From NCBI GenBank assembly GCA_003250355.1, contig QKGS01000087.1, positions 1,608 through 65,607 on the forward strand: a stretch of 64,000 nt of DNA, in the 5' to 3' direction. The notes beneath the pieces were generated by a model that saw only the letters and a program-made list of their open reading frames with translations, was not told where the DNA came from and did no database searches. Source of the stretch: Bacteroidota bacterium (GTDB taxonomy: Bacteria; Bacteroidota; Bacteroidia; Bacteroidales; SZUA-534). The position numbers and the translations under genes were made by a program. Below are positions 38,294-47,138 of this stretch, piece after piece. The first letter of the stretch is position 1, and each line of letters starts with the position of its first letter.

Positions 38294-38331
38294 AAAAAGA
38301 GGATGACCAAAATAGGACATCCTCTTTTTTT
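38294..38331. terminator. Bidirectional terminator between convergent genes
   Basis: AAAAAGAGGATG...CATCCTCTTTTT inverted repeat with A-run and T-run flanks. Confidence 0.8.
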
Positions 38332-38346
38332 ATAAATAAATTACTG

Positions 38347-40341
38347 CTAAAAACTCATTTTGAAAACTATAATATCTCTGGATGTATTACCAAGCGTAAC
38401 ACTTGTAAGTACCTGATTACCTTTTACTGCAATTCCGTTAAGCTTCAACCCTTTAGCTGTTTCAAAAGTTTTGTTGTCGGTTACTTCACCAGAGCTGTTT
38501 ACTTTTATAAAGAATACCTTATTGTCGTAAGTTCCTGCAAGTAATGTAATGCCACCTGGGAGTTCATTTACATTAGTCATATACCCATTAGTTCCGGCAG
38601 GTAAAGTAGTACGCCATTTTTCAGTTCCGGTTTTATCGAAAGCAATAGCAACACTACCTTCCGGTGTGTTGGCACCGAACACTACTAATTCGCCGGCTAA
38701 CCCAACCGATGTTGCATTTACATTTTCAAGCTGAGAGTCCCAAAGCAGATATCCTTTCGAATCAATAGCAAAAACACCATTACCGGCAGCAATATATGCG
38801 GTACCGGCCTGTGTTGCTATATCGAATATTTTAGTACCAAACGTATATGTGCGCGACCACATTTTGTTTCCCTTGGCATTTACTTTAGTAAGTAATGTTG
38901 CATTTTTAGCTGTATCAGCTCCTAATGTATATCCCCCAATAATAGCATCGCCATTATCAAATATATCTAATGCCAATACTTCGGCACCTTCAAGCTTTCT
39001 GTTGTAAATATTATCACCTTTAGCATCGAGTTTGTATAACCATGCTTGTCCCGGGATATTATCGCCTTGGGCATTTGTTTTTCCGGCTACATATATTTCA
39101 TTAGTTGCCGATATTTTCATTTTATTAGCCTGATCGTTGAGCGGGTTTCCAAGCACTTTAGTCCAGTTCATTTTTCCATCGGCTTTAAGGTCGAGAAGCC
39201 ATGTATCGTAGTTTTTTGTATTGGCATTAATAGTGTTAGTAACCAGCAGTATACTTTCATCGGTTCTTAGGGCAATATCACCACCATAGTCGTCGAATTG
39301 TCGGTTATCGAATCCTTTTACAAAAGCATAGTTTTCCATAGGAAAGTCCATAAGTATTTTCTGCCCCATTGCATTCGATTTCAGGTTAAAAATATCGATA
39401 TACATTTCACCTTCGGGATAGAGAGCCACAAATTCGTTAAATGCTTCAATTGTATTAACTGATTTGGCACGTTCAAACAAAAGTTGCTTTTTCAATATTT
39501 TTGCTTCGGGCATTTTGGGTGAGTTTGGATAGCTTATCATGAATGCATCAACAGCATCAATGGTTCTTTTCTTAGCAGCTTCGTCGAAAGCAAGTACTCC
39601 CATAAGCTTTTTAGCCTCTTCAACCTGAACTGCATCGGGGTACGATGTTACGAATTTTTGTAATGCAGCCAAAGAATTGGCGGCATTAGCATTTTTAAAT
39701 GCCAATGCATTACGCTTACGGGTTGCCACTTGTACTTGAGCCGATTCGGGATATTTTTTCAAAAATGAGTCGTAAGCTTCAATTGAATTTGCATCTTCTG
39801 CCAAACGGTATTCAATATAGTTACGTATATGCCTTACATTTTCATAATAACGTGAATCGGGAAATTCACTGATAAAACGTTCAGCATATTCAATATTATT
39901 CTCTTCTCTTACATATTTTATCAAATTATCTTCGACATATTCCCTAGCCCACTCCATATTTTTATCAATAGGACGGTTACGTCGTTTCATATCTACTTTT
40001 GAGAAATAAATATTCAGAACTTCAAGTTGTTCTTGTGTAAATTCCGATTGCTTTTTTTCGGCAACTTGAAAATATTGCCACGCTTTAAAGTAATCTTTGC
40101 CTGTATAAGTATCGTATCCGTATACTACCGATAATCCTAAGTTAGCCATAGCATCTTCAGGTGTTTTTGACAGTATTTTTTCAAAAGCTGCTTTAGCTTT
40201 ATCCATACTACCGTCAATATCGCCCTGAACTTTAGAATCCATTGCTTCAAACACCTCTTTCTCCATTATTTTTTCAGCTTTCTGCGCCATTGTGCAAATA
40301 GAAACAGAAAGTAGAATTACTATATATAATATTTTTTTCAT
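38347..40341 (-). CDS. Hypothetical exported protein with helical F-x3-YP-x-S repeats and a C-terminal beta-propeller-like region
   Basis: Signal peptide ending TMA-Q; repeats FISEFPDS, FLKKYPES, FVTSYPDA, FMISYPNS, FVALYPEG; propeller-like G..NW.K..G / G..LW repeats. Confidence 0.65.
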   Translation of the reverse strand: MKKILYIVILLSVSICTMAQKAEKIMEKEVFEAMDSKVQGDIDGSMDKAKAAFEKILSKTPEDAMANLGLSVVYGYDTYTGKDYFKAWQYFQVAEKKQSEFTQEQLEVLNIYFSKVDMKRRNRPIDKNMEWAREYVEDNLIKYVREENNIEYAERFISEFPDSRYYENVRHIRNYIEYRLAEDANSIEAYDSFLKKYPESAQVQVATRKRNALAFKNANAANSLAALQKFVTSYPDAVQVEEAKKLMGVLAFDEAAKKRTIDAVDAFMISYPNSPKMPEAKILKKQLLFERAKSVNTIEAFNEFVALYPEGEMYIDIFNLKSNAMGQKILMDFPMENYAFVKGFDNRQFDDYGGDIALRTDESILLVTNTINANTKNYDTWLLDLKADGKMNWTKVLGNPLNDQANKMKISATNEIYVAGKTNAQGDNIPGQAWLYKLDAKGDNIYNRKLEGAEVLALDIFDNGDAIIGGYTLGADTAKNATLLTKVNAKGNKMWSRTYTFGTKIFDIATQAGTAYIAAGNGVFAIDSKGYLLWDSQLENVNATSVGLAGELVVFGANTPEGSVAIAFDKTGTEKWRTTLPAGTNGYMTNVNELPGGITLLAGTYDNKVFFIKVNSSGEVTDNKTFETAKGLKLNGIAVKGNQVLTSVTLGNTSRDIIVFKMSF

Positions 40342-40351
40342 CGTATATTCT

Positions 40352-41743
40352 TTACTTTTTTAATACTAAGAATTCAACTCTCCTGTTTTTCGATTTTCCG
40401 GCTTCGCTGTTATTAGTATCGAGCGGACGTGAAGCACCATAACCTTTAGCACGGAACACTACACTTTTTATCCCTTTGGTTTGAGTAAAATAATTTACTA
40501 CTGCTTGTGCTCTGTCCTGACTAAGTTTTTCGTTTATTGGGTCGGAACCTACATTATCGGTATGTCCTCCTATTTCAATCATACTTACAGTACCTTCTTT
40601 AAGAAATTCTACCACTTTATCGAGCTCGGCATACGATTGAGGCAATAGTGTACTTTTGCCTGTTTCAAAGAATATATTATTTAAAATTAATGCTGCTCCT
40701 TCTTCAATACTTCTTAAACCTTCTTTAAATGGGTCGTCGGGAATAGCAGGTTCAACAAATGTAATTGTTCCCGACGCATTACAGTTATTTTGGTCTGAAA
40801 CTTTATATGAGTATTTGCCGGCAGGCAGGTTAGTAAGCTTTTGAACGTTTTTCTTCCCATTGCTCCAATCAATATTATATGGTGGCGTTCCACCGGATAT
40901 ACCAAGACTAATAATACCATCATTCAAAATAGTAGATATTTGTCCGGTAATAGGGTCCAGACCTCCGGTATACGATGAATCTATAACTACTGTTTCCATT
41001 CCTTTGGGAACACAGGCACAAACATTACAGTCAATAAGCGGACGTATTTCAAAATCGTCGAAGAAATAGTATGCATACGACTTACCTCGCTTATTTTTTG
41101 TATCCTTTCCGGTAACTACGTAGTTGGTATTTTCATAGTTTTTAAAATTGCCTATCATAAAAAAGCTTTCGCCCCCTTTGGCGGTATACACCTGGCAAAA
41201 TTGCTCCCACTCTTCGGTATTATCGAGAAAAAGGCCTTCGGTATTATTTAGGTCGGCCTTATAATCGAGATACGTGCCATTGTCGTTGGCCACTATGTCG
41301 CTTGAAAATTTCAGGCTCATTTGGTCAACTGCAAACTTCGACCCTGAGGCAAGTTTGTACCAGTATGAAATGCAATACTTCTGCCCTGCAACCATAGGTT
41401 CTTTTAATTCACCCTGAATATACTCTCTGAAATTTTTGTCGGTTCCGGTAAGTATAGCTCCCATATAGCCGTTACCGGTTTTAGGGTCGCTGTAACCGGC
41501 AAAGTTATCGGGTACTTTGGCCTGACCTTTGCTACACTTATTAAAATAATCGGGAGTGGTAAACGACGGATATGTCCAGTGAGGTATCAACCTGTGGGTT
41601 TTATCCATAAAAGTATAGTCTTGCGGACACTCATTGAACTCCTCAAAACTTGGATTCAATACCATATTAGGTACTTTTTCCTGTGCCCCCCCCAATATAG
41701 GCACACAAATAGCGATAATAAATAATCGTAAACAATACTTCAT
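40352..41743 (-). CDS. OmpA-family protein with an N-terminal carbohydrate-binding-like domain and a SprB-like repeat
   Basis: C-terminal LNNIFFETGKS..IEIGGHTDNVG..N..LSQDRAQAV..GYGASRP..N...NRRVEF; N-terminal NMVLNPSFEE; ISGGTPPY..WSNG..LPAGKYSYKVSDQNNC. Confidence 0.9.
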   Translation of the reverse strand: MKYCLRLFIIAICVPILGGAQEKVPNMVLNPSFEEFNECPQDYTFMDKTHRLIPHWTYPSFTTPDYFNKCSKGQAKVPDNFAGYSDPKTGNGYMGAILTGTDKNFREYIQGELKEPMVAGQKYCISYWYKLASGSKFAVDQMSLKFSSDIVANDNGTYLDYKADLNNTEGLFLDNTEEWEQFCQVYTAKGGESFFMIGNFKNYENTNYVVTGKDTKNKRGKSYAYYFFDDFEIRPLIDCNVCACVPKGMETVVIDSSYTGGLDPITGQISTILNDGIISLGISGGTPPYNIDWSNGKKNVQKLTNLPAGKYSYKVSDQNNCNASGTITFVEPAIPDDPFKEGLRSIEEGAALILNNIFFETGKSTLLPQSYAELDKVVEFLKEGTVSMIEIGGHTDNVGSDPINEKLSQDRAQAVVNYFTQTKGIKSVVFRAKGYGASRPLDTNNSEAGKSKNRRVEFLVLKK

Positions 41744-41851
41744 ATTTCAAAACAATTTGGTAATTAAACCATAAATGTATGAAAAATCAGGAAAAGTAAA
41801 AGAAAACAAATGTCGATTATATTTTGTAGTTTTGTAATAAACTTAACAGGC

Positions 41852-42301
41852 ATGAAACTTGTAGTATCAATAGGATTAATATTTGTGAGTATAATAACTG
41901 CAATTGGGCAAGAAAAGCAGGTAGTAGTACCTTATACACTTGCAGATCGTGACCGAGCAATACGTTCAGAAGCAATTTTGGGAAGTTATGAGGCTCGATT
42001 CAATGATATAGACAAGAGATTTGAGGCTATAGATAAGAGATTTGATGCTATAGATAAAAAATTTGAAGCAGTTGATAATAAGTTTGACAGAATGGAAGAC
42101 AAATTTACACAGTTATTTATGTGGGGTTTTGGTATTGTTCTAATGGCAATTTTTGGTTTAGTAGGTTTCATAATATATGATCGTCGTACTACATTAGCAC
42201 CTGTTGAAGGAAAAACTAATAAATTGATTGAAGCCTTAAAAGAGGCCGCTAAAGAAGATCAAACTCTACGCAAAGCATTAGATAAAGTAGCACTATGGTA
42301 G
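41852..42301 (+). CDS. Small membrane-anchored coiled-coil protein (heptad repeats); ORF track start is 41810
   Basis: Signal-like N-terminus, RF(N/E/D)xIDK heptad repeats, and one TM helix LFMWGFGIVLMAIFGLVGFII. Confidence 0.7.
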   Translation: MKLVVSIGLIFVSIITAIGQEKQVVVPYTLADRDRAIRSEAILGSYEARFNDIDKRFEAIDKRFDAIDKKFEAVDNKFDRMEDKFTQLFMWGFGIVLMAIFGLVGFIIYDRRTTLAPVEGKTNKLIEALKEAAKEDQTLRKALDKVALW

Positions 42302-42311
42302 CTTAGTTTAA

Positions 42312-43877
42312 ATGAAAAATAACTTATATGTTGTAATATTTTTAATGGCCGTATCTTTGCTTGGAATTATTGGCATTCAAATGTTTTGGCTGCAAAAAAC
42401 AATAAAAGAAAAGGAAGAGCAATTTGAGCATTTGGTTAACGATGCTTTAGCAAAATCGGCAATGAGAATTGAACGTAAACAAAATGCTCAATTTTTTTCC
42501 GACAAAGTTCTAAATAATAGTTCACAACAGAATAACCCATCGCTACATAACTTCTCAAACTTTTGGAAACAAACCGACAATTTGAATATTAATAACACAT
42601 CGAATAAAAATGTGGTTGTAAAGGTTGATAAAGAGAGTGGTGCTCAAACGGTTACATATGGTTTCGATACAACAATAATAAATGGCAATTCCCGTCAACG
42701 AATAAAAACATACTCAACTGTTACTAAAACAACACCTAAAAACACCGATGGAAATGTTGAAAATATGCGCAATATGCTCGCTAATGTTATGGAACAAATG
42801 GTTCTTGAATATTCGCTGCACAATGTGCCAATAGAACAGAAAATTGATTTTGAAGGTTTTGAATCAATAATTGATTACGAATTAAAGAACAACGATATAG
42901 ATATACCTTTTGAATATGCTGTGTCTGATGTGTTTGGAAACGTAAAAGATAGTCTTAGGTCTATAAATTTTAACCCTGAAAATGAAGTTGACATATTCAA
43001 TGTTCAACTATTTCCAACAAACATTATGCAGGTTCCTTACAAACTGCACGTTTTTTTTCCCGATAAAAGCCATTTTATAATAAAATCTCTTTCACTACTA
43101 TTAACCATATCATTGGTATTTACTCTTACAATATTATTAACCTTTTACTATACACTACGCACTATTTTTAATCAAAAAAAGGTATCAGAAATAAAGAACG
43201 ACTTTATTAATAATATGACACATGAGTTTAAAACCCCGATAGCCACTATTTCATTGGCAGCCGATGCTATATCGAGTCCTATGGTTTTAAACAATAAAGA
43301 ACAAATAAAACACTTTACTACAATTATTAAAGAAGAGAATAAAAGAATGAACCGTCAGGTTGAAGGTGTGTTGCAAATGGCTTTGCTCGATAAAAAAGAT
43401 TTTAATTTACGCTTAATTACAACTAATGTAAATACACTAATAGAAAAGGCTGTAAAAAACATTGGCATTCAGGTAGAACAGAAAGGCGGGAAAATTGAAT
43501 TTACTAATAATGCTACTGATACTTTAGTAAGTATTGATGAAACGCATTTTACTAACATTGTTAATAATTTGCTCGATAATGCCAATAAATACATAGGCGA
43601 TAATAAACCGCATATAAAAGTAAATACTCAACAATTGAACTATTATTTATATATTTCAATTGAAGACAATGGTATAGGTATGGACAAAGAAACCCTTGAT
43701 AAAATATTTGATAAATTTTACCGTCATACCAGTGGTAATATTCATACAGTTAAGGGGTTCGGATTGGGACTAAGTTATGTAAAAGCAATAGTAGCATCAT
43801 TCAATGGAACTATTAGTGTTACCAGTATAAAAGGCGAAGGAAGTAAATTTACAATTAAACTTCCGGTTGTTACCTAA
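42312..43877 (+). CDS. Sensor histidine kinase (RprX-like)
   Basis: Two TM helices; H-box NNMTHEFKTPIATI; N-box NNLLDNANKY; G1 IEDNGIG; F-box IFDKFYR; G2 GFGLGLSYVK. Confidence 0.93.
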   Translation: MKNNLYVVIFLMAVSLLGIIGIQMFWLQKTIKEKEEQFEHLVNDALAKSAMRIERKQNAQFFSDKVLNNSSQQNNPSLHNFSNFWKQTDNLNINNTSNKNVVVKVDKESGAQTVTYGFDTTIINGNSRQRIKTYSTVTKTTPKNTDGNVENMRNMLANVMEQMVLEYSLHNVPIEQKIDFEGFESIIDYELKNNDIDIPFEYAVSDVFGNVKDSLRSINFNPENEVDIFNVQLFPTNIMQVPYKLHVFFPDKSHFIIKSLSLLLTISLVFTLTILLTFYYTLRTIFNQKKVSEIKNDFINNMTHEFKTPIATISLAADAISSPMVLNNKEQIKHFTTIIKEENKRMNRQVEGVLQMALLDKKDFNLRLITTNVNTLIEKAVKNIGIQVEQKGGKIEFTNNATDTLVSIDETHFTNIVNNLLDNANKYIGDNKPHIKVNTQQLNYYLYISIEDNGIGMDKETLDKIFDKFYRHTSGNIHTVKGFGLGLSYVKAIVASFNGTISVTSIKGEGSKFTIKLPVVT

Positions 43878-43932
43878 ATACTTGATAATTGATACTAAAG
43901 CCCGGAGACTTATAACATATAAAAACTTAAAT

Positions 43933-44631
43933 ATGAGTAAATATAAGATACTGCTTGTAGAAGACGATGTAAATTTTGGGTCAGTAATGAAATCGTACCT
44001 TGAGCTTAACAGTTTTGAAGTAGATTGGGTTAACGATGGGAAAAATGCTGTTGAAACATTTAAAAGCAACAACTATAATTTATGTGTACTCGATGTTATG
44101 TTACCCCATATTGATGGTTTTACTATTGGTACACAAATAAAACAAATATCGGCTGAAACCCCTATTGTGTTTCTTACGGCTAAAACCATGAAAGAAGATA
44201 TGATAAAAGGTTTTAGCATAGGTGCCGACGATTATATAACCAAACCATTCGATTCAGAGGTTCTGATATATAAGATAAAGGCTATACTAAAAAGAACTCC
44301 TGATAATACAATTACTTATAGTGATAATACCCCTTTAGCAATAGGAATATTTAACTATAATTATTCAAAAAGGGAACTAACGGCAGACGGTATAGAAACA
44401 AAGAAGTTATCGCCCAAGGAATCGGAACTGCTAAAACAGCTAATAATAAATAAAAATAAGGTGCTTGACCGCGATTTTGCATTAGAAAACATATGGGGTG
44501 AGAAAGGGTATTTTACAGCCCGTAGTATGGATGTTTATATAACAAAACTACGCAAATACCTAAAACCGGATAATGGTTTAGAAATAGTAAACATTCACGG
44601 AAGCGGGTATATACTAAAAGAGAATATATAA
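43933..44631 (+). CDS. OmpR-family response regulator (RprY-like); ORF track start is 43867, likely start is 43933
   Basis: ILLVEDD, LDVMLPHIDG, FLTAK, GADDYITKPF, and winged-helix ARSMDVYITKLRKYL..HGSGY. Confidence 0.93.
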   Translation: MSKYKILLVEDDVNFGSVMKSYLELNSFEVDWVNDGKNAVETFKSNNYNLCVLDVMLPHIDGFTIGTQIKQISAETPIVFLTAKTMKEDMIKGFSIGADDYITKPFDSEVLIYKIKAILKRTPDNTITYSDNTPLAIGIFNYNYSKRELTADGIETKKLSPKESELLKQLIINKNKVLDRDFALENIWGEKGYFTARSMDVYITKLRKYLKPDNGLEIVNIHGSGYILKENI

Positions 44632-44635
44632 AAAA

Positions 44636-44691
44636 GAGGCTGTCCAAAAACTTCAGATTAGTCACGGGGTGAATTGCTAATTATTTGCAAT
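44636..44691. repeat. Truncated copy of a REP/MITE-like palindromic element
   Basis: GGCTGTCCAAAAACTTCAGATTAGTCACGGGGTGAATTGC matches the left arm of the 46174 copy with one mismatch; the right arm is mostly missing. Confidence 0.8.
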
Positions 44692-44886
44692 ACATTAATT
44701 TTTCAACTTTCATTTTTTATCTTTTACTTTCCAGTTTCTAGCTTCCAGCTTCCAGTATTATAAAACAGAGTACAAAAGTCTTAAATGCTGATATTTATCT
44801 TTTATTCGAATAATGATACATCAAATTAATTTATATTTTTACTCCGATTTTTTCATAAGCTATTTTAACAAATTTACATTATACAA

Positions 44887-46110
44887 ATGAAGGACAATAA
44901 GGAGATAATTCTTTTGAACATATCGGGGCACGACAAGCCCGGTGTAACTGCTACCATGACTGATATACTGGCAAAAAATAATGTAACCATTCTTGATATT
45001 GGACAGGCTGTAATACACGATGATCTTAATTTGGGGATACTATTTGAAGTACCTGAAAAATCGGAATCGTCTCCAATATTAAAAGACCTGCTTTTTAAAG
45101 CTTATGAACTTAACATAAATGTAAAATTTACCCCTATCCCAATTAAAAAATATCAGGATTGGGTAAAGCTGCAGGGAAAAGACCGATATATAGTTACACT
45201 ATTGGCTCGTAAATTAACGGCTACACACCTGGCAAGTGTAACAAAAATTATTGCTGACCAAAATATGAATATCGATTATATATCGCGATTATCGGGTCGT
45301 ATTCCTTTGAACGGATTCAATAAAGAGACCAGAGCAGTAGTTGAGTTCTCGGTTCGCGGTACACCTATCGACGAAGACCGTATGAAAAAAGATATTATTC
45401 ATACAGCCGGAACTATCGGTGTTGACATAGCTTTTCAGGAAGATAATATATATCGCAGAAACCGCCGTTTGGTTTGTTTCGATATGGATTCAACACTTAT
45501 TCAGACTGAGGTTATTGATGAACTTGCATACAAGGCGGGCGTGGGTGAAAAAGTGAGTGAAATAACAGAGAAAGCTATGCGCGGTGAGATAGATTTTAGC
45601 GAAAGCTTTATTCAGCGTGTGTCGCTACTAAAAGGTCTCGACGAAAAGGTAATGAAGCAAATAGCTGAAAATCTGCCCATTACCGAAGGTGCCGAACGAC
45701 TGTTTAAAACACTAAAGCAATACGGTTACAAAACAGCTATTATTAGCGGAGGGTTTACATACTTTGGCAATTACCTAAAAACAAAGCTTGGCGCCGATTA
45801 TGTATTTGCCAATGAGCTTGAGATAATGGATGGCAAACTAACCGGCAAGCACGTGAATGAGATAATTGACGGCAATAAAAAAGCCGAAATACTCAAAATG
45901 CTTGCATTTAAAGAAGATATACATTTGGAACAGGTTATAGCTGTTGGCGATGGTTCTAACGACTTACCAATGCTACGTTTGGCCGGTTTAGGAATAGCAT
46001 TCCATGCAAAACCTAAGGTAAAAGAGTCGGCCAAAAATGCTATTTCAAATATTGGTCTCGATGCAATACTCTATTTATTAGGGTTCAGAGACAGGGAAAT
46101 AAACGGGTAA
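44887..46110 (+). CDS. serB: Phosphoserine phosphatase with ACT domains
   Basis: Two ACT domains (SGHDKPG); HAD motifs FDMDSTLIQTE, ISGGF, AVGDGSNDL, GIAFHAKP. Confidence 0.95.
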   Translation: MKDNKEIILLNISGHDKPGVTATMTDILAKNNVTILDIGQAVIHDDLNLGILFEVPEKSESSPILKDLLFKAYELNINVKFTPIPIKKYQDWVKLQGKDRYIVTLLARKLTATHLASVTKIIADQNMNIDYISRLSGRIPLNGFNKETRAVVEFSVRGTPIDEDRMKKDIIHTAGTIGVDIAFQEDNIYRRNRRLVCFDMDSTLIQTEVIDELAYKAGVGEKVSEITEKAMRGEIDFSESFIQRVSLLKGLDEKVMKQIAENLPITEGAERLFKTLKQYGYKTAIISGGFTYFGNYLKTKLGADYVFANELEIMDGKLTGKHVNEIIDGNKKAEILKMLAFKEDIHLEQVIAVGDGSNDLPMLRLAGLGIAFHAKPKVKESAKNAISNIGLDAILYLLGFRDREING

Positions 46111-46173
46111 CGGTTGAGTAACCCGTTTCTGTTTATTTTCAGTAATTAAAGTGCATATTAAATATTTCAAAAA

Positions 46174-46254
46174 GGGCTGTCCAAAAACTTCAAATTAGTC
46201 ACGGGGTGAATTGCAAATAATTAGCAATTCACCCCGTGACTTTTTGGACACCCC
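46174..46254. repeat. REP/MITE-like nested palindrome, probably acting as a bidirectional terminator
   Basis: Outer stem TGTCCAAAAA / TTTTTGGACA and a 17-bp perfect inner stem GTCACGGGGTGAATTGC / GCAATTCACCCCGTGAC, between convergent genes. Confidence 0.85.
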
Positions 46255-47126
46255 TATTTCCCTCTATATTCCCACACATCATCCGGAGCTATAGTGGTTG
46301 ATTTCGCTATGGTATAAACTTCGAAAAAGCCTTTTACCCCGTTTGAAAAATTCGACTCAATATTAGCCGGAGGGCCTCCAAACATAGGGTTGCTACGAAT
46401 AACCGATTCGTATGCCTGTGAATAAAAATTGAATACCGACTTTGTGGTGTTATACACTCCAAGTGTTATAGTATCGCCGGGGTTAATGTATTCCTTTTTA
46501 TATTCATCGAAAAACACGGTTTGAATACCATTAGTGTAACGACCATTAAATAACATATCGTCGGTAAAAAATACTTCGTAAAGAGTATCGGAAACAAGTG
46601 TGCTATTTTTCCATGCACGGAATAAATAATAATTCTCACTAGGTGAATCCCAAGCGTAACAGTTAACAAACCATCCCGATATTTGTATTTGCGGATATAT
46701 TATTCGCTCTAAACCAATACTATCAAGAGTTATTAAACCGGGCATGGTTTCTTTGGCTTTTGATATATCATTAACCCCATCGGAGTTAAAATCAATGCCT
46801 GAAACAATAATTTCGTAAGTACTACCAGGCTTTCCGCTAAATGCAAATGGCGATAAATATATCCCCTTTACAGAATCTGACTCAATATATGTAATGGTAT
46901 CGGTATTGTTTTCAACCAATTGTACGGTTGCTCCACTTATGTATGGTATATGGGTATTGGTAACTCTTTTCGAACTTGTAATAATAGCTTTGTGAACCAT
47001 ATATTCATTGGTAACAACAGCATCTACTGCAACAATCCAAACCGATTGTTCAGGGTCTAAGTCGAATCGTTCTTTACACGCTCCCATTACTATAATTGCT
47101 GCTGCTATATATAATATTTTTTTCAT
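46254..47126 (-). CDS. DUF4249-family lipoprotein, partner of the TonB-dependent receptor
   Basis: Lipobox MGAC; ISGATV, G..G.TY, WDSPSENYY, PPANIESN..G..GFF motifs; directly downstream of the receptor gene. Confidence 0.8.
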   Translation of the reverse strand: MKKILYIAAAIIVMGACKERFDLDPEQSVWIVAVDAVVTNEYMVHKAIITSSKRVTNTHIPYISGATVQLVENNTDTITYIESDSVKGIYLSPFAFSGKPGSTYEIIVSGIDFNSDGVNDISKAKETMPGLITLDSIGLERIIYPQIQISGWFVNCYAWDSPSENYYLFRAWKNSTLVSDTLYEVFFTDDMLFNGRYTNGIQTVFFDEYKKEYINPGDTITLGVYNTTKSVFNFYSQAYESVIRSNPMFGGPPANIESNFSNGVKGFFEVYTIAKSTTIAPDDVWEYRGK

Positions 47127-47138
47127 TGTTATAAATTT

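Noticed and set aside
43867-43932. Extended N-terminus of the response regulator
   Set aside because: The receiver domain starts at MSKYKILLVEDD (43933); the upstream TTG/ATG-type start is an ORF-calling artefact.
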